Positions 49,014-58,903 of a DNA stretch of 64,000 nt are shown here, one piece after another. The position numbers and the translations under genes are program-made. Source of the DNA: Nitrosopumilus sp. (lineage in GTDB: Archaea; Thermoproteota; Nitrososphaeria; Nitrososphaerales; Nitrosopumilaceae); the NCBI GenBank assembly GCA_965218785.1, contig OZ244650.1, positions 1,888,001 to 1,952,000 on the forward strand. Reading direction: 5' to 3'. The notes under the pieces were generated by a model. It did no database searches. It saw nothing but the letters and a program-made list of their open reading frames with translations, and was not told the DNA's origin. Positions within the stretch are counted from its first letter, which is position 1, and the number at the start of each line of letters is the position of its first letter.

Positions 49014-49529
49014 ATGGTTGCACTTCAAAGCAAAATGACAGTATATGCCGCACTAGCCGCGATGCTAGCTTTGATGGGGGGAATAATTTACTATGCCAGC
49101 CTGGATAACGTGGATCTAGAAAAAGTCGAGATTCACTTGACGGATGTAGTATTGAGTAATGTCAACACGGTAGATAACAAGGCAGAATTTGACGTTACGT
49201 TTCTTGTAAGTAATCCAAGCGAAAAGACGTTTACAGTCTCGGTAATTCAATACCAGCTTTGGGGGGGTAACACACTGCTAGGTTCTGCACAGTATTCCAA
49301 TACGGACAGGGCACTGCCAGGCAGGGTGTTGTTTTACCCGGATGCAGAAATTCCCTTAAAGAGCACGCTTGTTCTTAGTAAATCAACACTTGATGAAGGG
49401 GTTTATCAGAGTATCATAGACAGTGAAGGCAAGTTCTCCAAGTTATCAGCAGAGGGAAGCATCACCACCGAGTCTTCTTGGAGTACCATTGATAAGGAAT
49501 TCAAAACTGAACTTTACGCCCCCGACTAG
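49014..49529 (+). CDS. Membrane-anchored LEA_2-like protein
   Basis: N-terminal TM, FLVSNPS..T.TV..IQYQL. Confidence 0.7.
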   Translation: MVALQSKMTVYAALAAMLALMGGIIYYASLDNVDLEKVEIHLTDVVLSNVNTVDNKAEFDVTFLVSNPSEKTFTVSVIQYQLWGGNTLLGSAQYSNTDRALPGRVLFYPDAEIPLKSTLVLSKSTLDEGVYQSIIDSEGKFSKLSAEGSITTESSWSTIDKEFKTELYAPD

Positions 49530-49781
49530 GTTCTTCAGACCTCTTGGAGTACGTTGATGGGAAATTCAAAACGAGATACTGGTTTGTACCAAACACCGGA
49601 CGGGATTTGCTGGCTTTGGTCCTTGGCCACATCTGATGAATTGGCAAAGGCAATGGTCTCACATTTGAGCTTTGATTAAATGATTTGACTGATAATCACG
49701 TAACGTATAATGGCACATCAATTCCTTGGGTTTTATGAAACTAGTGGCAGGCAGCAGATGATTCGGCCTGAATTGATGGAG

Positions 49782-49855
49782 TGGGCCGAGAGAGATTCGA
49801 ACTCACGATCACCGCCGTGTCGAGGCGGTATCCTAACCAGCTAGACTACCGGCCC
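49782..49855 (-). tRNA. tRNA-Val(GAC)
   Basis: GGGCCGGTAGTCTAGCTGGTTAGGATACCGCCTC-GAC-ACGGCGG...GTTCGAATC...GGCCCA cloverleaf. Confidence 0.96.
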
Positions 49856-49935
49856 ATCAAAAGAAATACCGGATGCGGGATTATTAACGTTTAACAAAAG
49901 AAAGAATGAATACAAAGTAGGAATGTGTAAAATAG

Positions 49936-50646
49936 TTGAGCGAGGATTTTACTGAGGAAGAAAAAAGAGGGTTCTACAAGGCAATTTACTCAAGAAGAGA
50001 TGTAAGATCTCATTTTACCTCAAAGCCCGTAGGGGACGATGTTTTATCAAAAATTCTGCATGCCGCCCATCATGCTCCATCGGTGGGATTCTCCCAGCCA
50101 TGGAACTTTATTTTGATAAGAGACGCCGGGACAAAAAAGAGGATCAAAAAGTCTTTTGAGGAAGAAAAAGATCGTTCATCAAAATTAGTCGAGGAGCCAA
50201 AGAGATCAAAATACCTCTCATTTAAGCTCGAGGGGATACTGGAATCCCCGGTGAATATCTGTGTAACATATGATCCGACCAAATTCGGCCCCTTTGTGAT
50301 CGGCAGATCAAGTATTCCAGAGGCGGGACTATACAGCGTGTGTTGCGCGATTCAGAATTTGTGGTTATCGGCAAGAACAGAGGGCGTGGGTCTTGGCTGG
50401 GTAAGCATTCTATCAAATGAAATTCTAAAGGAGGCTCTGGCACTGCCAGAACATGTTGTTCCCGTTGCATATCTATGTCTGGGATATGTCGATGAATTCG
50501 CAGAAAAACCGGATCTTGAGACTGCCGGTTGGCTGCCAAGACTTGATCTAAAGGATGTCGTATATTTTGAAAAATGGGATGATAAGGACAATAAGGACTG
50601 GAATGCCATCAGAGATCTGATTAAAGACGGGTCGGATTACGCTTAA
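49936..50646 (+). CDS. bluB: 5,6-dimethylbenzimidazole synthase
   Basis: RRDVR, AHHAPSVGFSQPW, KLEGI, CAIQNLWLSAR.EG.G.GWVS. Confidence 0.95.
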   Translation: MSEDFTEEEKRGFYKAIYSRRDVRSHFTSKPVGDDVLSKILHAAHHAPSVGFSQPWNFILIRDAGTKKRIKKSFEEEKDRSSKLVEEPKRSKYLSFKLEGILESPVNICVTYDPTKFGPFVIGRSSIPEAGLYSVCCAIQNLWLSARTEGVGLGWVSILSNEILKEALALPEHVVPVAYLCLGYVDEFAEKPDLETAGWLPRLDLKDVVYFEKWDDKDNKDWNAIRDLIKDGSDYA

Positions 50647-50670
50647 ATAATTAGAAATGTTTTTTCTGCT

Positions 50671-50762
50671 GGGCTTGTGGCGCAGAGTCATTTGACGCGA
50701 AATATGGATAGCGTGGTAGCCTCCTAAGTTGCAGGTCGAGGGATCGAAGCCCTCCAAGCCCG
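50671..50762 (+). tRNA. tRNA-Arg(CCT) with a non-canonical D-loop intron (~50686-50702)
   Basis: Acceptor stem GGGCTTG/CAAGCCC, anticodon arm GTAGC-CTCCTAA-GTTGC, ~17 extra nt in the D-loop. Confidence 0.88.
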
Positions 50763-50909
50763 TCTACCTATACGATCAAAGGTGCTGTAATCTGAGACCT
50801 AAATGAGGTTTTATTCCATTGCAAAAAAATAATTATCAAGGACCTCAATATACAAATTATCAGAATCTGTTCCCAACCTTTTTTTAGTTTGAAAATATCT
50901 TAATTCTAA

Positions 50910-51233
50910 ATGTTAACTAGAAAATATCTCATACTGTGTACAGTAATGATTCCCACTCCTCTGATTTTCTTTATTCCAGGTTTGGATGATATTGTCGGAC
51001 TCCTCACTAATGATTTTTCGCATATGGGTACATCAGCTTTACAGTATATTGGAATATTCCTCCTTGGACCAATGTCTATTTTTGCTGTATCAGTTATAGG
51101 ATTGTCATTTACCAAATTATCTAGAAATAAAATTATAATAATTTCATCATATCTAGTGGTTGCTCTTCCTTTTATTTTTGGTTTTCCTATTTGGTTTCTT
51201 ATAGGAGGTATATTGGGAGGAGGTTTTCATTAA
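50910..51233 (+). CDS. Small three-TM membrane protein
   Basis: Hydrophobic, AT-rich 107-aa ORF. Confidence 0.6.
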   Translation: MLTRKYLILCTVMIPTPLIFFIPGLDDIVGLLTNDFSHMGTSALQYIGIFLLGPMSIFAVSVIGLSFTKLSRNKIIIISSYLVVALPFIFGFPIWFLIGGILGGGFH

Positions 51234-51468
51234 ACAGGACACTGCCGTCATTATCCATTGCCCCTATCTGAGAAATTCCTTGTGTGGGTAGATTCCCACA
51301 GGTCATCGATTTCGTCTTTTTTTCCATAATGATTTTGTTTGCCTTTTTCTTGGAAACTGTCTTTTTTCCGGCAGGGGGTATTCCTAGTACCATCTGAATT
51401 TCGTTTTCTTCACATATAGTTACAAATAAAATTATAAAACACAGGAATGTCTTAAGAATTGTATCTTT

Positions 51469-52398
51469 ATGAGACTAGTCTGGGCGGTAATTTCACTGGT
51501 TATGATTGGAGCAGTAGTTGGAATCTCCGAATCATTTGCAGAAGAAAAAACCTGGCATTCCGGAGAAAACCTACAACCGGGGGATTACTTTTCTTTTTAT
51601 CTGTGTTCTATTAGATACAATGATTGTACGCCACTTCAAATGGATTTATGGATAGAGGCTGAAACTCTGGAAGAAGATGATTTAAATTATAAATGGATTG
51701 CAAAAGCTATGGTTTTTGATGGATCTGAGATTGTAGAAACAGAGATGAAATTAGAATCGTTTGGTGCTGATCCACTTCATGCTACATTTAAAATAGAACC
51801 ATATGTAGACGCATTTGGAGTAGTAACTGCAGTAGGTGGATTTTCAAGTCTGACACCTCCAGGGGGTAGGGATTATGGACCAAGATCGTTGGAAGTAGGA
51901 ACAGAATGGCAACATGCTGGCACAGGCGGCCCGACAGGACACATCGTTGGAACCCCGATAATACAAACTCCTGCTGGCATATTTGATTCAGTGCTGTTAC
52001 AATATAAACATGCAAATGCGAACAAGATTTGGATAGTTGATGAAATACCATTTCCAATCAAAGCAGACATAAGTAGGACCTTTAATGGCGTTTTCACACA
52101 GTTATACAAATTTGAATTATTAGATTACAAGAAAAATATACATGAAAATCCGTTTATCAGCAGGGTCAACCCCTCAGAATTTCGTTACGAATTAGAACGT
52201 CCGTCAGAACATGGACTGTCAGTTAAAGAACAACTAGAGGAGAAAATTTCACCACACAACATAACATGTGCAAAGAAACACATATTGCTTTTTAAAACTT
52301 ACACCTACTCCCCCATGTGTGTATATCCGGATACTGGCAAAAAATTGATTGAACTTGGAATTGCAACTAGAACCACATCATCGGCAAATTATCCATGA
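51469..52398 (+). CDS. Secreted thaumarchaeal hypothetical protein
   Basis: Signal peptide (SFA), W..GE.L..GDYF.Y..C, TPAG.FD, IWIVDE.PFPIK, C-terminal Q...C..C module. Confidence 0.75.
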   Translation: MRLVWAVISLVMIGAVVGISESFAEEKTWHSGENLQPGDYFSFYLCSIRYNDCTPLQMDLWIEAETLEEDDLNYKWIAKAMVFDGSEIVETEMKLESFGADPLHATFKIEPYVDAFGVVTAVGGFSSLTPPGGRDYGPRSLEVGTEWQHAGTGGPTGHIVGTPIIQTPAGIFDSVLLQYKHANANKIWIVDEIPFPIKADISRTFNGVFTQLYKFELLDYKKNIHENPFISRVNPSEFRYELERPSEHGLSVKEQLEEKISPHNITCAKKHILLFKTYTYSPMCVYPDTGKKLIELGIATRTTSSANYP

Positions 52399-52742
52399 AT
52401 TGATTCAGGTCAAGATTTCCAGAATCTGTGTGTTATTGTGATGGGTTACTTGACGGCTTCCCTGAATGTGGCAAAATATCAAGTTCCGATACTGCCTCAT
52501 GAACTTTTGATCGTCAATATAAATATGGATTCCGTCAGAAATAGATAGATTGCCTGGTCATCTCCAACAAATTAAAACTTGTAATGGTTCTCTTTTTATC
52601 ATTTCTGATGCGCGCCAGCATTTCATTATTATCAATTCCGTTCAACTTCAATCTTGCAAAATTCATGGGTACGATTACTCTGCTAGTTCTTGCAGTGTCA
52701 CTGACCGTCTGGCTGTAAGGCCGTTATCATATGGGTGTAAAC

Positions 52743-52964
52743 ATGGCTTGTGATAACGAAGCCAGGGTGCCACTCTTCTGGATACCGGTAGCACTGTGGG
52801 TAATATGGGCTATATGCATTCTAGTCTTCATTTTATTACAGTCCGGAATTTTTTTCATATTTACAATTCCCCTCCTTGTTCTGGCAGTCACAGTATCTGC
52901 GTTCTGGTGGAGGGATCATAGTCGTAGTAATCGCCGCAATCATGACCTGCAAGAACAAACTTGA
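52743..52964 (+). CDS. Small two-TM membrane protein
   Basis: Two hydrophobic helices and a basic tail. Confidence 0.5.
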   Translation: MACDNEARVPLFWIPVALWVIWAICILVFILLQSGIFFIFTIPLLVLAVTVSAFWWRDHSRSNRRNHDLQEQT

Positions 52965-53195
52965 GGTCGCCAGATATTGATATTATGAGTCATCCTTGTA
53001 TCGTCATTAATATGATATCATGGGCTTGGCATCATCTGCAGTCATTTCCTGTTCCAACTAGATTCTGTCATGGTAATGCCCGAGCCTGGTTCTGTGCCCC
53101 CTCCCTCTACTACGGCAAACAGTCTTTCCTCCCTCCCTCAGCCTGCCAAATTCCACATTATGGAAATTTAAATACGGAGATATGCAGTCTGAGAT

Positions 53196-53726
53196 ATGAA
53201 GGTTGTAGTTATTTCCGGCAGTCCAAGAAAAAACGCCCTTACACAGGTTGTAATGAAGCATGTTTATGAATATGCAAAATCCAAAAATCAGGATACAAAA
53301 CTGATCAATCTGTCAGATGGTCAGATTGAGTGTTATCGGGGACCAGATGAGGAATATAACGAAGCTACAAAGAATGCTGCAGTAGACATTACGGATGCGG
53401 ATGTCTGGCTGATAGGATCTCCGATCTATAATTCATTTTTTAGTTCCGCATTAAAAAATTTGTTTGAATATATCAATTACAAAAAGACCGAAGGAAAGGT
53501 TGCAGGAATGGCGATTTTGGCTGCAGGGAACATCGGATTTATAGACGTCCAGACATTGATCACACAGTTGCTATCATACTTTAGAGTAGTGGCAAATCCC
53601 AAGGCCGTATTTTTAACCACCGAATCTGTTTCTGGGAATTCCGTCTCTGATGCGGATGCTCAACGCAGGCTAGAAGAGATGGTGGATGAAACCTTGAAGA
53701 TTGCCTCCAAACTACAGCGGGATTAA
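53196..53726 (+). CDS. NADPH-dependent FMN reductase
   Basis: VISGSPRK, GSPIYN..FSSALKN. Confidence 0.9.
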   Translation: MKVVVISGSPRKNALTQVVMKHVYEYAKSKNQDTKLINLSDGQIECYRGPDEEYNEATKNAAVDITDADVWLIGSPIYNSFFSSALKNLFEYINYKKTEGKVAGMAILAAGNIGFIDVQTLITQLLSYFRVVANPKAVFLTTESVSGNSVSDADAQRRLEEMVDETLKIASKLQRD

Positions 53727-53985
53727 TTGGTTTGTCAACTGATTGATGAATACTTTCTGGGTTACATATCACGGTCGTTAGCATTATTTAGAAAGTTCTA
53801 TTCATGCAACTCGGAAATTTGAATAGCATGAATTATTTAATAATCCCAAATTAAAAACGTGGCTGCCGTATTCTTGGAAGAGTAGTATTTTCATATAATT
53901 GCAATATTTCCCTCAAACTACCTGTGCAATTTATTCCAGTTCACCGGATTGAAAAAGACAAATAGCTACATGTGGAATGTTTGTC

Positions 53986-54105
53986 ATGAGTCTAAAAAAA
54001 GATCCGACTGAATTGTGTTCATGTAAATGCCATTTTGGCGGTGCCGTAAGCTGTCCTGGCTGCAAGGACAATCACGGCATTGTATGTTCTCATTGTGAGG
54101 GCTAG
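53986..54105 (+). CDS. 39-aa Cys/His-rich metal-binding microprotein (not in ORF track)
   Basis: MSLKKDPTELCSCKCHFGGAVSCPGCKDNHGIVCSHCEG. Confidence 0.55.
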   Translation: MSLKKDPTELCSCKCHFGGAVSCPGCKDNHGIVCSHCEG

Positions 54106-54107
54106 GA

Positions 54108-54587
54108 TCATTTGCCCCTGGTTTTTCGTTTAGAAGCTAGCATTTTGAGGTTGGCCAGCTCGGTTTTCAATGATTCAATCTGAACCAAGGTTTGCAGATT
54201 GGAAATTTCTTGATTCAGTCGCTGAATTTCACTGTCTTTTAGTTTTACAAATTCTTTTATTTCGTTTAATTCGGAGGATAACTCATTTTGAATCTGTTTT
54301 ATTTCTAAAGCGGTATCACGGTTGTTTGTTGTAGTTACAACGGTCTGCGCACTATTCAAGCTTTTTTTTTCGTTATTGGCATGCTCTGGGGCGTGTTTAT
54401 GGATGTAATCGGTGCTTTTCTGGGCTAGCCAGCACATCAATGTGAGAAACCACGTGATGAGAACGGCCATCAAAAATATGAAATTCAGCGCCGGTGCAAA
54501 ATCAGCAAAATACGACCAAAGACCGGTCAGAACGGCGGCAAATATTCCAGTTATGATTGTTGCCAGATGATTTCTCATATATCCCAT
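54108..54587 (-). CDS. Two-TM protein with C-terminal coiled coil
   Basis: Hydrophobic N-terminus, heptad-rich C-terminus. Confidence 0.7.
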   Translation of the reverse strand: MGYMRNHLATIITGIFAAVLTGLWSYFADFAPALNFIFLMAVLITWFLTLMCWLAQKSTDYIHKHAPEHANNEKKSLNSAQTVVTTTNNRDTALEIKQIQNELSSELNEIKEFVKLKDSEIQRLNQEISNLQTLVQIESLKTELANLKMLASKRKTRGK

Positions 54588-54671
54588 AAATTATTTGAAA
54601 AAATCATTGTTTATAACAGTAATGCTGAAAATCAGAAAATAATATAATTAAAAATAAAAAAAGAGCCGAAA

Positions 54672-54899
54672 TTACTCGTCTGTTTCAGAGGTGGTTGTTT
54701 TTGGCGCATCAGACTGCAGAATTTCTATCTTTTGTAGTAATTCAGTCCTTAGATCTCTTGCAACTCTTCTTACAGTTGGTCTTGGGACACCAAGTTGATC
54801 AACTACTTTGGTATAGATGTCGTGCTTGTCTGTAATTCCTTTGTCAAGATAAGAATTAATCGCTTCTTTAATTACCGTGCTTTGGTTTGTACGATTCAA
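54672..54899 (-). CDS. Small HTH protein
   Basis: IYTKVVDQLGVPRPTVRRVARDL helix-turn-helix-like segment; TATA upstream. Confidence 0.7.
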   Translation of the reverse strand: MNRTNQSTVIKEAINSYLDKGITDKHDIYTKVVDQLGVPRPTVRRVARDLRTELLQKIEILQSDAPKTTTSETDE

Positions 54900-55143
54900 T
54901 AAACTCTAGACTTTATTTGTTCTATATAAGACTATAATTTCCTGACTTTGAAAATGTCATATCAGATGAATCCTGATTTTTTTCAAAGTCGGAGAAGAAT
55001 AAAAAATCCGGTCTTTAATTGTAAATTTATCAACGAAAAACGTATCGATGATATGGATATTCCAACTTACTTGAAATATTTATTAAAAAATTTACGGGGA
55101 TCTTCACAAAAGACTCTTATGATAAGATATCAGATTAATTTTG

Positions 55144-55620
55144 ATGGGTACAATCAACATAGAAACCAGTCTTGGAAAGATTTCCTTCAAACTTATACCA
55201 GAGTTGGCGCCAGAAACGGTTAGAAATTTTGAAAAACTGGCAAGAGACGGATTCTATGATGGAACTCTCTTCCACAGGGTTATCCCGGGATTTATGATTC
55301 AGGGAGGGGATCCGAATACAAAAACCGACAACAAGGGTTCGTGGGGAATGGGAGGACCAGGATACAACATCAAGGCCGAATTTAGCTCGAGATCCCATCT
55401 GCGAGGCATGGTTTCCATGGCTAGATCGCAGGATCCGAATAGTGCAGGCTCGCAGTTTTTCATCGTAACCTCAGATAGTACGTTTCTAGACAAACAGTAC
55501 ACCGTATTTGGTGAAGTGACAGATGGCATGGACATTGCAGATAAAATTGTAAATCTCAAAAGGGATGGTAATGACTGTCCTTTAGAAAAAACACAAATGA
55601 CTCGCGTGACCGTGGAATAA
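55144..55620 (+). CDS. Cyclophilin-type peptidyl-prolyl isomerase
   Basis: FYDGTLFHRVIPGFMIQGGDP, SMAR, SAGSQFFI, YTVFG. Confidence 0.96.
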   Translation: MGTINIETSLGKISFKLIPELAPETVRNFEKLARDGFYDGTLFHRVIPGFMIQGGDPNTKTDNKGSWGMGGPGYNIKAEFSSRSHLRGMVSMARSQDPNSAGSQFFIVTSDSTFLDKQYTVFGEVTDGMDIADKIVNLKRDGNDCPLEKTQMTRVTVE

Positions 55621-56519
55621 TGATTGGAAAAAATTTTGGGTTTTTGGCAATTGTGTTGATCATATCTGCCATTCCCGCAGTTAGCGCACAGATTGAAATC
55701 GGTGAAAAAGCCGTACAAAGATCAGTAGAAGTCAGCATAAATCCAGCCGGGGATGTCCATGTTATACATGTCATTGATTCATCAAATCAATTACAATATC
55801 TTGAATTGATTGAAGGTACGGTCTCAAACATCACAGTAACAGACGAACAAAAAGAAGAGATCCAGTTCATAGATGTTGGAGGTAGTAACAGAGTATCAAT
55901 TTTTCCCTCACAGGAGGATTCCATTGTCGAGTACGATCTTGAACAGAGAGTTGCCCAGACAGATGATGGAATATGGACGTGGAATTTCAGATATCTTGAA
56001 AAAACCGTCTTTATTTTTCCCGACAAAGTGGATTTGATCTTTATCGATGAACGCCCCATCTATTTCGAGGAAAAGAGGACTATTGCCTGTCATGGATGCC
56101 AGATGGTTTTAGAATACACCACTGACGAACCGAGAATTTTTGAAAACGTAAAATGGGAAGACAGGGAGTTTGTGGTGGAAATAGAAACCTATTCTGATGT
56201 CGACAAGTTTGTTTTTGATCAACCGGCAAAAAGTATTACTTTTGATGTTAATAGCAATGACAATTATGTTATTGTAGTAATTCCATTGGAGCTGTTATGG
56301 CAGCCATATGGCGTATTTGTTGATGGTAAAAAGACATTCTCCCACGAATACACCAGCAATGGAACCCATGTTTGGCTCAGCATGAAGCCAGATACGGCAG
56401 GAGAGGTAATGATTATAGGGACAACAGTAATTCCTGAATTTCCAATAATTGCTCCCCTGGCAATAGGATTTTTAACGATTCTTGCTTTGCCGTTAATAAG
56501 AAAATTCAATCTCCGCTAG
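55620..56519 (+). CDS. PEFG-CTERM (archaeosortase-type) surface protein
   Basis: Signal peptide; C-terminal IIGTTVIPEFP + TM + basic residues. Confidence 0.85.
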   Translation: MIGKNFGFLAIVLIISAIPAVSAQIEIGEKAVQRSVEVSINPAGDVHVIHVIDSSNQLQYLELIEGTVSNITVTDEQKEEIQFIDVGGSNRVSIFPSQEDSIVEYDLEQRVAQTDDGIWTWNFRYLEKTVFIFPDKVDLIFIDERPIYFEEKRTIACHGCQMVLEYTTDEPRIFENVKWEDREFVVEIETYSDVDKFVFDQPAKSITFDVNSNDNYVIVVIPLELLWQPYGVFVDGKKTFSHEYTSNGTHVWLSMKPDTAGEVMIIGTTVIPEFPIIAPLAIGFLTILALPLIRKFNLR

Positions 56520-56685
56520 AGCCACACGAGCAAAAACCGTATTCATCAATCCTGACATCACAGATTGGGCACTTTTCCCCATAATTTACCTCCCACGGTT
56601 CCTTTCCAAAAAGCTTGAAATGATCATCAATTTCTAATGGGATCTCCCTCTTCTTTTCCAATGGGATCTCCCTCTTCTTTTCCAA
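56506..56685 (-). CDS. Small Zn-binding protein (59 aa, not in ORF track)
   Basis: MEKKREIPLEKKREIPLEIDDHFKLFGKEPWEVNYGEKCPICDVRIDEYGFCSCGSSGD. Confidence 0.65.
   Translation of the reverse strand: MEKKREIPLEKKREIPLEIDDHFKLFGKEPWEVNYGEKCPICDVRIDEYGFCSCGSSGD
56636..56683 (+). repeat. 24-bp perfect tandem duplication
   Basis: AATGGGATCTCCCTCTTCTTTTCC x2. Confidence 0.92.
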
Positions 56686-56731
56686 TGATTTGTATATGTA
56701 TTACAACTATACAACATTATCGGAGAAAGAT

Positions 56732-56938
56732 ATGAAGGTTGAATGTGGCTGCCACTGCATAAAATGCAAAAGTACGGATCTTAAATCAGACAGAACCGGC
56801 GAGGTTGAGGGGGACGGATATTTTGACATGCACCACACTTGTAACCGGTGCAATACGCATTTTGATCATTTAGATGGGGAGATTTTTTCTGATTGTGAAA
56901 AATGCAACTATTCTTCTTCTTCTTCTTCCTCTAGCTAG
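56732..56938 (+). CDS. Small multi-Cys/His zinc-binding protein
   Basis: CGCHCIKC, HHTCNRCNTHFDH, CEKC; TCT microsatellite gives a poly-Ser tail. Confidence 0.7.
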   Translation: MKVECGCHCIKCKSTDLKSDRTGEVEGDGYFDMHHTCNRCNTHFDHLDGEIFSDCEKCNYSSSSSSSS

Positions 56939-57416
56939 CCACCAGCGGCGCTTTGACAAAATAATGAACCAGGCACTCATCGGAGTTTTTCATGATTTCC
57001 TTGTTTGATGCCATTTTTGCCAGGGTTTTTGACACATCTAGCGGACTTGCAGCCCAGCCGTATTCCCGAAGCTGTTCAACGGTTTGAGTGACGGTTCTTG
57101 GCAAATCAAAGAACCTGCCAGTTGTCAGAATTCTCAGCTTTGATTTGATTTCATGGGGTGCAGTATACTTTGGCTCGCTAAATTCCGGCTCGTATGCTTC
57201 TGCATCATCTAGATATTCCAAACCATGCTGGCCCGGGTCTTCAGAGCCGGATGGCCCTGCGGCAAATTCTGAATCATGGACGATCTTGGCATGATTTTCC
57301 GGCAGATGATGTGAGATATTTTCTATGATCTCGCCAATTGTCTTATTATCAACATAGAAATCTCTAGAGTCAACTTCGATCTCATTTTCTCCAAGCTTGA
57401 GTTTAATCCTTGCCAA
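56931..57416 (-). CDS. Hypothetical protein with C-terminal winged-helix-like domain
   Basis: RIKLKLGENEIEV N-terminus; FFDLPRTV..L...GW. Confidence 0.7.
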   Translation of the reverse strand: MARIKLKLGENEIEVDSRDFYVDNKTIGEIIENISHHLPENHAKIVHDSEFAAGPSGSEDPGQHGLEYLDDAEAYEPEFSEPKYTAPHEIKSKLRILTTGRFFDLPRTVTQTVEQLREYGWAASPLDVSKTLAKMASNKEIMKNSDECLVHYFVKAPLVAS

Positions 57417-57548
57417 TGATTAATTATCGCATAATTTTGATTTATTTTGTTAGCTCTAATGAGGTTTAAGATTAGATCAAAACTTTTACACAATTTATTG
57501 GAATTTTTTTCCTTTTTCAGTTAAAATGTAAATTTGTAGACACTAGGC

Positions 57549-57998
57549 ATGGATTCGTCTAAAAAAAGGGGTATAATCGTACTGTTTGTGCTAGGCATTG
57601 CCATCTTTGGATATTCACAGTATGCATCAGCGTCACAAATCGGGGTAAGTGTCACCCAGAGTGAGTTACTGTATGAAAATGAAGGGGGATCAGACTATAA
57701 CATAGAATTAGAGTTTCAAAACCCCTCACTACTAATACTGACTGCCGGCGAGACCGAGTTCTTCATTATTAATAATGACAGGACGGTAGGAGAGGGTCAG
57801 TTGGAACCATTCACGCTAGGACCACTAGACAGCAGTAATGTCAAAGGGACATTCCATACGGGCTCAGACGGGGACAAGGCCCAGTCCGTGAAAATTACGG
57901 GAACGACAAAGTATGATGTGTTCTTTACGTCTCTGGATATTCCATTTGTCTACTATCCAACAGAAGAGCAGGCAAGAGAATTTATACATCAAGACTAG
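57549..57998 (+). CDS. Membrane-anchored LEA-like protein
   Basis: N-terminal TM, LEFQNPS. Confidence 0.65.
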   Translation: MDSSKKRGIIVLFVLGIAIFGYSQYASASQIGVSVTQSELLYENEGGSDYNIELEFQNPSLLILTAGETEFFIINNDRTVGEGQLEPFTLGPLDSSNVKGTFHTGSDGDKAQSVKITGTTKYDVFFTSLDIPFVYYPTEEQAREFIHQD

Positions 57999-58009
57999 TT
58001 TTCTTTCAA

Positions 58010-58903
58010 ATGCTAACTGTTTTTGGTTCAACCGCACTAGATACGATTAGGACTCCGAAAAAAACATTAAAGAATGTTCTGGGGGGAGCGGCAACCTTTG
58101 CGGGGATTTCTGCAAGCAATTTTGTAGATACCGGACTGATAGCAGTGGTTGGAAGTGATTTCCCGGATCAGCATCATAAAACCTTGTCCAAATATCTGGA
58201 TCTGCAGGGATTGACAGTCAAGGACGGCAAGACGTTTCGTTATGATGGAAGATACGACAGTACGCTAAGCGTCAGATCCACATTAAAGACAGAACTAAAC
58301 GTGCTTGCAGGCTTTAAAGCAGTCGTTCCCGAAGCTTATAGGAAATCACAGTTTGTATATCTTGCAAACAATGATCCCGAGCAGAATATTTCGCTGATCA
58401 AAGAGTTTGATAAAGTAAAATTTTCCATGTGTGACACCATAGATTTTTGGATATCAACAAAACGGGAGGCGGTAATCAGGATGATAAAGGCAGTTGATGC
58501 AGTTGTAATAAATGATGAAGAAGCCAAACTCCTTACAAAGGAATTCAATTTAATTAAATGTGCAAAAAAGCTGATGCAGTGGGGGGCAAGATACGTAATC
58601 ATCAAAAAGGGGGAGCACGGTTCCCTGATGTTTTATGATGATATGATTTTTCCAACTGCGGGATTTTCATTGGAGGATGTCGTGGATCCCACCGGTGCCG
58701 GGGATTCTTTTGCAGGGGCAATGATTGGATATCTGGCAAGCAAGAGATCAACTAGCCAGTCTGAGATCAAAAAAGCAGTCGTTTATGGAAACGTCCTGGG
58801 ATCATTTGCAGTGGAGAGATACGGTCTGGAAGGACTGCTGAGAATCAAAAATGGCGACATTGCAAAAAGAGTCAGACAGTATGAAAAAATGATCAGATTC
58901 TAG
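58010..58903 (+). CDS. PfkB-family carbohydrate/nucleoside kinase
   Basis: GGAA, KKGEHG, VDPTGAGDSFAG. Confidence 0.93.
   Translation: MLTVFGSTALDTIRTPKKTLKNVLGGAATFAGISASNFVDTGLIAVVGSDFPDQHHKTLSKYLDLQGLTVKDGKTFRYDGRYDSTLSVRSTLKTELNVLAGFKAVVPEAYRKSQFVYLANNDPEQNISLIKEFDKVKFSMCDTIDFWISTKREAVIRMIKAVDAVVINDEEAKLLTKEFNLIKCAKKLMQWGARYVIIKKGEHGSLMFYDDMIFPTAGFSLEDVVDPTGAGDSFAGAMIGYLASKRSTSQSEIKKAVVYGNVLGSFAVERYGLEGLLRIKNGDIAKRVRQYEKMIRF

Noticed and set aside
49782-53100. Provirus/integrative element at the tRNA genes
   Set aside because: No integrase, viral structural genes or duplicated tRNA 3' end (att) were found.
54948-55223. 91-aa plus ORF
   Set aside because: It overlaps the cyclophilin start out of frame and has no protein-like features.
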